DNA from: an uncultured Acidobacteriota bacterium
GTDB lineage: Bacteria; Acidobacteriota; Terriglobia; UBA7540
Length of the DNA stretch: 64,000 nucleotides
Direction: 5' to 3'
NCBI GenBank assembly: GCA_963804995.1
Contig: CAWDSK010000006.1
Span: 768,001-832,000, forward strand
In this document: in pieces, positions 12,357 to 21,405 of the stretch
How positions within the stretch are numbered: position 1 is the first letter of the stretch
How the letters are laid out: each line of letters opens with the position of its first letter
Position numbers and translations under genes: made by a program
Notes under the pieces: generated by a model
What the model was told of the DNA's origin: nothing
Database searches by the model: none
The model's input: the letters and a program-made list of their open reading frames with translations, nothing else

Positions 12357-12557
12357 TTCCATATGTGTCGTGCGACCGGCGAGCATTGCCACCCTCAGCG
12401 TTAAGACCATAAAGAGCAGTGTCACCCATCGTAAACCGTGGTTGAGTTCCACGAATTGTCGTTTTGGTCCTTCGATAGGAGCGTCCACGGCCTCTTCGCG
12501 GTAAGGGGCTTAGGAAACGGAAGGCTGATTTCAGCCGTCCGTTCAGGGGAGAAACCT

Positions 12558-14273
12558 TTGTCGCTTGTGCTTCAGAAAGAGGATGACCGGGTCCGCAACC
12601 TCATCAACTTGGGCAAGGAACGCGGCTATGTCTCTTATGACAAGGTCATCGACATCCTGCCAAGCGAGACGCGCACACCGGCGGAGATCGACAGCCGGTT
12701 CTCCGAATTCGAGCGCCACAACGTCCACGTCTACGAAGACGCTTCGGTGGCCAAGGCTGCTTCCGGTCCGCTCGGGAATACTGAACCCGTGGAATTCGAA
12801 ATGCCGGAAAATCCCGCCCGCGGTGAAGATGCTGAGATCGACGAGACCGCACCCCTTGTGGACAAGGCCAACGATCTGGTGGGGCTATATCTCCGCGAGA
12901 TGGGCAGCGTACCGCTGTTAAAGCGGGAAGATGAGGTGGCTATCGCCAAACGCATGGAGCGTGGCCACGGGTTGGTGCTCAAAACAATTTCCCGTTCTCC
13001 CCTTGTGCTCAAAGAGCTCATCGGAATGGGCAAGGAGATCCGCAACGGTACGCGTTCGATTCGAGAGGTTGTCCAGTTTGATGACGAAGACTTGAGGGTG
13101 GAGAAAATCGCGAAGAAGACCCACCTCACGCTGCGGATCATCGATAAGATTGAAAAGGTCTACGCTGCGGGGCTTGAGCAGGCGGCTTGGCTAAATAACC
13201 TTCCGAGGTCAAGCCTATCTGCTCACCTGCGGGCTCGTCGCCGGTTGTCGCGGACGCGGGTTGAGCTGTCGCGACTGGCTTGCTCGATTGGGCTCCACCC
13301 GCTCGAAAAGAAGCGCCTGATTGACAAGTTGCGGCACACGGTCGAGCGGATTGATTCGTTGGGGCGTGAGTCCACCCGCCTTGAACGGCGCGCCGGCTCA
13401 ACTGGCGGGAAGGTCGCCGCATTGCGCAAGGATGTGCGCTCGCGCCGCTCGCAGCTAAAAGCGATCGAGGAATCGAGCGAGGTCGGGCTCACCGCCCTGA
13501 AACGTTCGCTCGTTCTGATCCGGCGCGGCGAGGCTGACGCCGAAGGAGCGAAGAAGGAACTGACCGAGGCAAACCTTCGCCTCGTGGTGTCCATCGCCAA
13601 GAAGTACGCGAACCGGGGCCTGGAGTTTCTCGACCTGATCCAGGAAGGGAATATCGGCCTGATGAGGGGAGCTGACAAATTCGACTGGCGTCGCGGGTAC
13701 AAATTCTCCACCTATGCCACAGGGTGGATTCATCAGGCGGTCTTGCGGGCGATCGCCGATAAGGCGCGCACGATTCGAGTGCCTGTACACATGTTCACGG
13801 CGATCAATAAGCAGATTCGCACCAGCCGGCAACTCGTACAGGAACTAGGCCGCGAGCCCACGTCCGAAGAGATCGCCCAGCGCTTGGAGGTACCTGTTGA
13901 AAAGGTGTGCAGCACCAAGAAAGTTTCGCAGCTGCCCGTGTCTTTGGGGACGCCCATTGGGAAGGACGGAGAGTCGGCCCTGGGTGACTTAATCGAGGAT
14001 AAGGCTTCGGTATCGCCGTCGGATGCGGTCATCCAGCTCAACCTGAAGGAACGGGTGGCATCCATGCTGAAGACGCTCACGGCTCGCGAGGAAGCAATTA
14101 TCCGCATGCGGTTTGGCCTGGACAATGACAGCGAGTGCACTCTTGAGGAAGTCGGGCGGACCTTCACCGTTACTCGCGAGCGCATCCGCCAGATCGAAGC
14201 CAAGGCGCTGCGAAAACTCCGCCATCCGTCGCGGTCGGGCCCTTTCCGGCTCTTTGTCCAAACCTCTTTGTAA
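12558..14273 (+). CDS. RpoD-like (group 1-like) sigma-70 factor, divergent paralogue
   Basis: Region 1.1 ([11 protein letters not shown]), 1.2 (YLREMG), 2 ([25 protein letters not shown]) and 4 ([29 protein letters not shown]); TTG 12558 follows a GGGGAG RBS. Confidence 0.9.
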   Translation: MSLVLQKEDDRVRNLINLGKERGYVSYDKVIDILPSETRTPAEIDSRFSEFERHNVHVYEDASVAKAASGPLGNTEPVEFEMPENPARGEDAEIDETAPLVDKANDLVGLYLREMGSVPLLKREDEVAIAKRMERGHGLVLKTISRSPLVLKELIGMGKEIRNGTRSIREVVQFDDEDLRVEKIAKKTHLTLRIIDKIEKVYAAGLEQAAWLNNLPRSSLSAHLRARRRLSRTRVELSRLACSIGLHPLEKKRLIDKLRHTVERIDSLGRESTRLERRAGSTGGKVAALRKDVRSRRSQLKAIEESSEVGLTALKRSLVLIRRGEADAEGAKKELTEANLRLVVSIAKKYANRGLEFLDLIQEGNIGLMRGADKFDWRRGYKFSTYATGWIHQAVLRAIADKARTIRVPVHMFTAINKQIRTSRQLVQELGREPTSEEIAQRLEVPVEKVCSTKKVSQLPVSLGTPIGKDGESALGDLIEDKASVSPSDAVIQLNLKERVASMLKTLTAREEAIIRMRFGLDNDSECTLEEVGRTFTVTRERIRQIEAKALRKLRHPSRSGPFRLFVQTSL

Positions 14274-14348
14274 GACAAACCTGGAGGCGGCAGCGCCAGT
14301 GCTCGAGATTGTGCGCCTCCGGAGATGTAGGGTAGTCAAGGGGAAAAA

Positions 14349-14702
14349 ATGAAAAACCTCTTTGTTGGCAATCTGAGGTTCCAAACGACGGAAAGCGATT
14401 TGACCGAGCTGTTCAAGGCGTTCGGGCAGGTTACGCGGGTCCACGTAGCGATGGATCGGGAGACTGGCCGAGCCCGCGGTTTTGCCTTCGTGGAAATGCC
14501 CAATGATGAAGAAGCGGCCAAGGCGATTGCGGGCCTTGATGGAAAAGAGATCGGGGGCCGCGCGCTTAAGGTGAACGAAGCACGTCCCAAGACGGAGCGG
14601 ACCGCACCGCGTAGCAGTGGGGGTGGAGGGCGAAGAATGGGCGGATTCTCAAACGAAGATTACCGCGAAGCCCCGCGCCAGCCGCGTGAACCTCGCTGGT
14701 AG
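14349..14702 (+). CDS. RRM (RNP-1) RNA-binding protein with a Gly/Arg-rich tail
   Basis: RNP2 LFVGNL, RNP1 RGFAFVEM, GRALKVNEARP. Confidence 0.95.
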   Translation: MKNLFVGNLRFQTTESDLTELFKAFGQVTRVHVAMDRETGRARGFAFVEMPNDEEAAKAIAGLDGKEIGGRALKVNEARPKTERTAPRSSGGGGRRMGGFSNEDYREAPRQPREPRW

Positions 14703-14759
14703 TCCCAAACGAAACGTTTGGGGTATTGCCAGCTTACATTCGGATTTGAAGGAGACCCG

Positions 14760-14912
14760 CTGGCCACTACGTTCCTGAAACGTCAGAAGGAAATGAAGAG
14801 ATTGGAAAAGCAGCGCGAGAAGGCCGCACGCCGCGCACAGAAGAAACTTGCCAGGGGCACGCAAAGCGAACTTCCGGCCGAAAACATAAGTCCTGCCGAC
14901 AATGAAGCCTAG
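14760..14912 (+). CDS. Small basic helical protein (50 aa, probable CTG start)
   Basis: AAGGAG RBS 5 nt before CTG; MATTFLKRQKEMKRLEKQREKAARRAQKK. Confidence 0.6.
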   Translation: MATTFLKRQKEMKRLEKQREKAARRAQKKLARGTQSELPAENISPADNEA

Positions 14913-14978
14913 AGAGCAAACATAGCCGTTCCCTCCGAGTCGGAGCCGCAAAACTGATCCCGGGGGTTTGGCGCAGCC

Positions 14979-15500
14979 TGTCCGTCGCCAAAACTCAATC
15001 GTTTCGGGGAATCAGTGAGTTAGGGTAACGCCGGGTCGAATACGAACACGTGTAAAATCGTGCCATGGTCAGACTTGCCGTGCGTTTCTTGTGGTGGCTC
15101 AGTGCCTTTGTGCGCACTCGTAACAGCCTCGAGCTCGAAATCGTGGCGCTTCGGCACCAGGTCAGCGTCCTCAAGTGCAAGAATCCTAGGCCGCAGGGAA
15201 GCAGGTCAATGCAAAGTCATGGCTATCCCCCGCGTGGGCGGGGTACACCATCGGTACATGTGGACCCGGACTGCCTGAAAGAGCTTCTCGACGAGACCTT
15301 AGCTGACTCGCTTTTCCGAGCAGTGTCTCAGCGCAACAGACAAGAAGCAGAAGGGCGCCGAAACGGGGGCTAAGTAGTGGCACTCGAGCAGAAGGATTCA
15401 TCACCTATACCGAAGCATCCGATGAGACTGAGCAGTGCGCTCCTCCACCTCCTGGAAGCGCAGATTCATTTTTCGGTGAATACGATTATGGCTAGCCACA
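14979..15500 (+). mobile_element. Internally deleted, non-autonomous IS481-like derivative
   Basis: TGTCCGTCGCCAAAACTC left end and GATTATGGCTAGCCACA right end; transposase N-terminus (LELEIVALRHQ) abuts its C-terminus (PRVGGVHHRY) with the DDE core missing. Confidence 0.75.
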
Positions 15501-16068
15501 GCTAGTAAACAAATACCCCCAAATCAGGACACAATCCAAGTCGCACCTCGCTTGACTTAGGGTCTGAACGGTGGGAGACTATTGCCATAGGAGGACGGAA
15601 AGTTGGATTCTAGGAAGCTTTGCGAGCCGAAGGCTTCCCTGTTGACGGGTGATTCTAGTGAGTGGTGGTTTTTTCTTCCTGCTTTGCCCTCCGCGAGTTT
15701 GAGGTTTGCACACCTTTCTCCTACCCTTGCTCCATTCCTTAAGCCCGCCTAAACGGCTCGCCGGGCGCAGAACCCCGAGACTCAGTTGTCCACTCAATAA
15801 GCGGTCGTAAGAAGTGTCCGTCGGGGAGTTGCACGTTACCGTATCAAAGAGTCCAATGCGCCCTGTATCGCCATCCGTGGCGGTAAGCACGCGGACCTTG
15901 ACGAAGAAATCCTCGCGTACCAGGCCGGTCCATTTCCTCGGCCTCGCCTCCTTTTAGGGTGGAATTTGTTGTCCGATGTTGGCCGGGGTAAAAGTCCGGC
16001 AGCCGTTCTGCGCAAGTGTTTTTGCGCGCGATGGTAATGCCAAATAACTTAGATCTTGGAGGGGGCGT

Positions 16069-16371
16069 ATGATCGGAATGAATTTTCGGGCGTTACTGAT
16101 CTTGTTCGTCGCGGCCTTAATTGCGGCTTGGATACTCCACTACGTGATTCGCTATCGCTTCCTGGAGGGGTTCGATGGTTTCGTGGGGAAGTGTATCGCG
16201 GGTTGGGTAGGAGCCTGGCTAGGGTCACCGGTGCTGGGTCACTGGTTTGAGCGGGCCAAGCTTGACAACGTCTATCTGATTCCAGCCCTACTTGGGGCGT
16301 TTGTAGGCGCCTTTGTTGTTGCCGCCACCGGGAAAACGCTGGCGAAGGCGTTCTCGACCAAACCGAGCTGA
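16069..16371 (+). CDS. GlsB/YeaQ/YmgE-like small stress-response membrane protein
   Basis: Three hydrophobic segments, GWVGAWLG..., IPALLGA; GGAGG RBS. Confidence 0.75.
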   Translation: MIGMNFRALLILFVAALIAAWILHYVIRYRFLEGFDGFVGKCIAGWVGAWLGSPVLGHWFERAKLDNVYLIPALLGAFVGAFVVAATGKTLAKAFSTKPS

Positions 16372-16473
16372 GGCGTGTGAGGCCAAGAGGCCAGCAGAAA
16401 GCTCGTCAGGAAAAGTCTGGGTTCTGGTGGGAGGGGAGGTGTGTGCCTCGTCATCCTGAAATCCTGCGAACCC

Positions 16474-16782
16474 ATGAGGTGGAGGATGGTTGGACAAGTG
16501 ATTGGCGTTGTCCTGTGTCTGCTTCCCTGGCTTGCAAGGCGTTATGTGATATCAAAATACCAGATTAGATACGAAATCGCTCGAGAGCGTCGATGGGCCT
16601 GGAAGCGCGGGACGCCTGATTGGATCACTAGAATCACGCCGTGGCTGGGATTTCTGGGCTGGGTAGCGTTGCTTGGCTTCATCGCTTGGGTGGTACTCCG
16701 TGCCGTTCCGGTGATAGGTGCCTCGGTGCTCGTGACGTGCTTTTCCCCTCACGCATTTCCTGGGTTCTCGAGGCTTCGCTGA
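16474..16782 (+). CDS. Hypothetical small membrane protein
   Basis: Open frame with two hydrophobic segments; no recognised motif; start uncertain. Confidence 0.35.
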   Translation: MRWRMVGQVIGVVLCLLPWLARRYVISKYQIRYEIARERRWAWKRGTPDWITRITPWLGFLGWVALLGFIAWVVLRAVPVIGASVLVTCFSPHAFPGFSRLR

Positions 16783-16837
16783 CTACCCGACTTTGGAGCA
16801 TAGAGACCGGCTGCACAAAGTTATCTGAGGAGGGATC

Positions 16838-17068
16838 ATGAGAGCGTATATCTTCATTAAGGTAAAACCCCGCAAAGCCCGCGCAGCGGCCGGCAAAATT
16901 GCCGAAATTGCGGGAGTGAAAGCCGCGCGTCCTTGCTGGGATCTGCCGGACCTGATTGCCCAAGTCGAAGTGGAAGACAAGACGGCCTTGGAAAACGTCG
17001 TCCTCGGGCAGATTCAGGCAGTCGAAGGCGTGACTGAAACCGACACCCACATCCCAATCGGGGGCTAA
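16838..17068 (+). CDS. Lrp/AsnC ligand-binding-domain protein (no HTH)
   Basis: MRAYIFIKV...DLIAQVE...IQAVEGVTETDTHI pattern; GAGGAGG RBS. Confidence 0.85.
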   Translation: MRAYIFIKVKPRKARAAAGKIAEIAGVKAARPCWDLPDLIAQVEVEDKTALENVVLGQIQAVEGVTETDTHIPIGG

Positions 17069-17472
17069 GAGGCAGAGCTGGATGGTGAAAGGCCGGAAGG
17101 GCGGGGTATACCCCAGCAAGAATCTGAGCAAGTACGCGCTGAGCACGATCGCAGGACGAGCCAGATCTTCGGCGAGGGGAGGCGTGATTTTAGCCGCTTA
17201 GAAGTGGGAATGCGCGGGCACACTAGCCGAAGAAGGCAAACAGCAAAAGGAGAAGGACCATATTGATTTTGCGGGGTTCAAACTCACCATTCCTTGCTTT
17301 ATACCGCACTCCTGCTGGTCCCCGGAGCGTGGGAGGACGAGGAGGAAAAGTAGGTAGGGGAAGAACAGGAAGAACGCAAGCGTAAGAAGAAAAGGGTGCA
17401 TAAGGGCTCGTGGCAGGTCGCGGGGTGCATCGACCAGGCGCAGAATCGCTACCTGCAAGGGGGGGGCAAAGC

Positions 17473-17808
17473 ATGCGAACGGAGGAACTCAGAAGTTACA
17501 AACGAATATTGATCGCTCGGCGTAATGAGCTTCACATGCACGAACGGTCTACCCTGGCTACGGATCCTAGCATTCGCGATCCGACGGACTTGGGCGATGT
17601 AGCTAGGAACTCCCAGGACACTGAATTTGCTATGCGACTCTGTCAGAGCAACTCCCATTTGCTGCGGGCCATTGACGACGCCTTGGAGAGGATAAGACAC
17701 GGAACGTACGCCGTATGCACGCACTGCGGCCGCCCCATCGGGCGCCTCCGTCTGCGGGCGGTCCCCTGGACGCAGCAGTGCCGCAATTGCAAGGAGCGCC
17801 GGGCCTAG
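17473..17808 (+). CDS. TraR/DksA C4-type zinc finger protein
   Basis: DLGDVA coiled-coil tip; AIDDALERIRHGTYAVCTHC...RLRAVPWTQQCRNC. Confidence 0.9.
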   Translation: MRTEELRSYKRILIARRNELHMHERSTLATDPSIRDPTDLGDVARNSQDTEFAMRLCQSNSHLLRAIDDALERIRHGTYAVCTHCGRPIGRLRLRAVPWTQQCRNCKERRA

Positions 17809-17854
17809 AATGGTCATAGCGGCGTCATTATTATGAGAGGCGCGTCTGGCGATT

Positions 17855-18262
17855 ATGAAAATGCCCCACCCACCGCAGCGCAAGGTCCTCATCATCGAAG
17901 AGGACCCCTCTGTGCGTAACGCTCTTTTGACATTGCTCGCCGGCTTAGGTTGCGAGGCTGACGTAGCTTACAGTGGCAAGCAGGCTATCGACATAATCCG
18001 GAGCGAGAAGTTCGACGCAGTGTTGCTTGACCTTCGCTGTGCTCATGCTCAGGCCGAGGAAGTCATGCCCAGCATCCAGTCGCTCCGTCCCAGCCTTCTC
18101 GCGAACGTGTTGGTAATCACCGGCGACGTGGCAGACGCCAAGACGCTGGATTTAATCGAACGGTACTTCCTGCTCCAAGTTCCCGGCAATCGACCGGTCC
18201 AGGATATGGCAGCGACTCTGCGGGTGCTGTTGCACTTACCCCCAGTCCTGAACAACGCGTAA
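17855..18262 (+). CDS. Single-domain response regulator receiver
   Basis: KVLIIEED...FDAVLLDL...VLVITG; the conserved Lys is not evident. Confidence 0.85.
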   Translation: MKMPHPPQRKVLIIEEDPSVRNALLTLLAGLGCEADVAYSGKQAIDIIRSEKFDAVLLDLRCAHAQAEEVMPSIQSLRPSLLANVLVITGDVADAKTLDLIERYFLLQVPGNRPVQDMAATLRVLLHLPPVLNNA

Positions 18263-18573
18263 AGATACCATGCAATTGGGCCCAAATGATCCCCGACAGA
18301 GGCACCCTCTTGAGGGTAATGCGGGCCTGGTCGTGCTCGTGGCAGAGTAGGTGGTTAAACCGCATGCATCAGTTCGGCGCTGCTGTTTTTTCTCACTCCA
18401 TTCCCTTTCCGCGAGAAGAGGCAGGCGGTTGCCCCGCACGCTCCTGGCCTCCGATGTCCTGGCTGTATCAAAGGGTCGCGCAGGGTGCGTCTGTATCCAT
18501 TTGATTCTTCATGACGGCTGACAACTTGTTTTTGCTGTCCCAAAGGATGTGGTTTGGTGCGTTCCTTGACGAC

Positions 18574-18891
18574 TCAGATGCGCTTCTTTTCGATTTGAAC
18601 TAGCCCTTCGAGCCCAAGGTCACGAAGCGCCTGGCACAGGTCTGATTCAACATGGCTAAGGTCATTCGTGGCCACATCATGCGAGGCCTCGACGGTGAGG
18701 GAGAGCCCCTGTCCTGAGGTGCGTAACTTGGGTATGAGCTTTGTCCCGAGCTTGTTCCATTGCTCAGGGGGGATGGCCCAGCGTAAGAACAGACGCACTA
18801 TCTGCTCAGTTGCCGGCGTCACCGATGGCGCGGGAGGTGCGACCGGCGGCCCCAGGACCAGTTCTGTTGGTTGCTCGGTTGGGGCTGGCAT
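18574..18891 (-). pseudogene. C-terminal fragment resembling DUF499-family AAA+ proteins
   Basis: IPPEQWNKLGTKLIPKLR...LRDLGL resembles the recalled DUF499 C-terminus; no ATPase part upstream. Confidence 0.45.
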
Positions 18892-19215
18892 GCTCTTCGG
18901 CGGCGGTCCGGCTTACCTCAGCTGATTTGGCTGGGTCCTCGTGGTTGTGGCTCGCGGTGTTTTCGGATTGGCCGTTGGGGGTAGAGCCGTTACAAGACCC
19001 CCTCGTAGTATTCTCCAGTGTGCCCGCTTCTCATTCCCGCTCTGGAGATTTGACTGGCCGCCAATCGGGAACGGGACGCCTTTCGCCCGGTTCATGACGC
19101 CGGGCTAGCCGGCCAGTGTCGAGTCACGGCGATTCTAACAAACAATCTGGTCATGCGCCAGACATGCGGCGTAGTACAAACGGGAATGCCTTCTTCCGGC
19201 GCAACAAGAGCCTTT

Positions 19216-19419
19216 CTACTGATTTGAGCGTTTCGCCTTCTCACGCGGGGGCCATGTAGCAGGCCAGCCGTTAACAACAATGCGCCCGCACTTCTCGCAC
19301 ACAAGATGTATGCCGTTTAACGACTGAGTGAGCCGCATTTCATTGCAATATGGGCATGCCTTCAGCTCTGGATTTGTCGGCGGCCAAAATTCCTTGTCAG
19401 GTTTTCGCTTTCGTCTCAA
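19216..19419 (-). CDS. Small zinc-ribbon protein
   Basis: CPYC-x15-CEKC; AGGGAG RBS before TTG. Confidence 0.5.
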   Translation of the reverse strand: MRRKRKPDKEFWPPTNPELKACPYCNEMRLTQSLNGIHLVCEKCGRIVVNGWPATWPPREKAKRSNQ

Positions 19420-19622
19420 CGTTTCTCCCTTAGGTTCCTTTCACCAGAGAGTCCAATCAACCCTGAGTGCGTCTTCCAGGATGAAGGCTGCAATCATGCC
19501 AAAGGCCACTTGGGGATGGCGGCGTCAATCGCGGCCATGAAGCGGATGGTTTCGCTCAAGGCCGTAACGACTTTGCAGTAATGCTCCAGGCCTTCATTTC
19601 AGATTGCCCTTGTCGAAAGACT

Positions 19623-20891
19623 CTATTGGTCGTGGTTCAAAATGTCAAAGACCAATGAGGTGTTGTTCAGGCTGAGCGGGATCACGTAGCTCGTGTAAAG
19701 ATTCGCCCACGAGCTACTGAGAGAGCGGATTTGGTAATTGAGTGCTCGGGAAGATCCAAGCGCGTCCATGTCGAACTGCGCGAGGTTGATGCCGGGGTCC
19801 GGGAAGGTCAGTTTGCTGTTGGCTTGAACCGGCGTCCATGTCCAGTCATGGCCGCTGCCTGTATATCGATAAAGATGAGCAGCGCTGCCGCCGGGCAGCT
19901 CCAGCAGGTAATCCGCGCCTATGGTCACGCCGGAGTCATGATAACCGGTGCCCGGGTTCTGGTCCGTATCCATGAAGATTTGCCACCTCGAGCCATTGAC
20001 CGCCCGCCACCGAAAGGCCAGGCGACCCTTGAAGTGCGTGCCGCTGCCGTCACTGCTGTCGGGCCAAAAGGTGGCGAACGGGGCCTGGACGCCCTGTCCG
20101 GTAATCGTCGCTGCCTCAGTGGTGAAGTAGCTTGGAACATCATCATAAGGGTTGCCGTCCGGACCGTCGTCAGTAACGTAGATCCAGCCGGCACCGCGCT
20201 GGCGTGCGAGCGCCACTGCCACTTGCATGTCTTGCGCCGAGCCCGCCAAATAGATGATGTGCCAGAAGCGGTCCGGAGGATATTTGTGCGTCCAGGCGTA
20301 ATCAACGTACTCCTGCTGATAGTTCTGGAGCCCTGCACCCTCAAAATTCATCAGGATATTCGTAATGCCCATCCAGCAGTCCTGAGGCGTTTGCGTGCCG
20401 GGATTCAGCACCGTGATCCGCGCTCCAACGTCTTTCTTGCGGACGTAGTTGGTAAGCTCCTGGTAATACTCAAAGGCCGTTGAGTGATATGAATTCGCGG
20501 CGCCGCAGTCGGTAGGAGCCTCGTCAAAGAAGATTCCATCGATAAGATAGTTCTGGTAGACAGCGTCGATCTTTGAGCGGACGATGTTCGGATCACGGCT
20601 GCCATATCCGGTATACGTATAGCCCAGGACGAAGATGCCGGACTTACGCGCGTTGCGGATAGCCGCATCGACCGAAGGATAATATGTCGTGTTGTCGCCG
20701 TTATTCAGATTGACGATCATGATGCCGACGGCGGAAGGCCCTTGGGCCGCCCACGCGTCCCATTGCGATGTGCCCGGCTCTTGATAGCTCGGAATGCCAA
20801 TGCGGTTCTGGGGGCGCGCCGGCGTAGCCGCCGTGGCGACGGCGATCATAAGGAGAATGGGGAATTTTACAAAACTCGAATCAATCTTCAC
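19623..20891 (-). CDS. Secreted spherulation-specific family 4 (Spherulin-4/GH135-like) protein with an extra C-terminal domain
   Basis: Signal peptide; VLGYTYTGYG, IDGIFFDE, VLNPG, FEG, WHIIY, YVTDD and NPYD motifs. Confidence 0.85.
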   Translation of the reverse strand: MKIDSSFVKFPILLMIAVATAATPARPQNRIGIPSYQEPGTSQWDAWAAQGPSAVGIMIVNLNNGDNTTYYPSVDAAIRNARKSGIFVLGYTYTGYGSRDPNIVRSKIDAVYQNYLIDGIFFDEAPTDCGAANSYHSTAFEYYQELTNYVRKKDVGARITVLNPGTQTPQDCWMGITNILMNFEGAGLQNYQQEYVDYAWTHKYPPDRFWHIIYLAGSAQDMQVAVALARQRGAGWIYVTDDGPDGNPYDDVPSYFTTEAATITGQGVQAPFATFWPDSSDGSGTHFKGRLAFRWRAVNGSRWQIFMDTDQNPGTGYHDSGVTIGADYLLELPGGSAAHLYRYTGSGHDWTWTPVQANSKLTFPDPGINLAQFDMDALGSSRALNYQIRSLSSSWANLYTSYVIPLSLNNTSLVFDILNHDQ

Positions 20892-21405
20892 TTATGTTCC
20901 CCTCCTCCGAATAATCTCGCCAAATCGGCCGCACGCGCCTAGCCGGTGCATACGCCCATCCGGTCGGTGAATCCAAAGGCAAGTATCCGAACAACTCCAT
21001 GCCCTCGGTTGAGGACCGTCCGAAGACGCCGGCAGAATATCACCTTTTCTCCTCGGTTCGTACCGCGATGCATAGGGAATAGGCAACGAGGCGGCAAACG
21101 TCCTCCCTACCAGGGTCTGGTCGATTCGTCCTCGGGCACCGGAAAGTGTTCTGTTCAATGATGGCTGGGGGCAGCAGCTCGAAAATTAAGGAAAACAATG
21201 TTCACTTTCCGGAAAAGCTCTTTTGCGATTCAACCGGAAATTCCGTTTTCAGTTTTCGCCCGACCGATAACATACGTCTGACTGCCTCTGAATGCAGTCA
21301 GACGTATGTTATCGGTCGGTTGAGATTTGAAAACGGAAATGTTGGCTCAACTGTTTCTGAGATCGGCCCACCCCGCGTAACTCCGTGCATCGAGGCGAAA
21401 GGCAA

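Noticed and set aside
12558..14273. Calling the sigma gene the housekeeping rpoD
   Set aside because: Invariant region 1.2, 2.3-2.4 and 3.0 residues are substituted and there is no dnaG context
17198..17474. Small membrane proteins on the minus strand
   Set aside because: Hydrophobicity arises from a purine-rich low-complexity tract; no convincing RBS or motif
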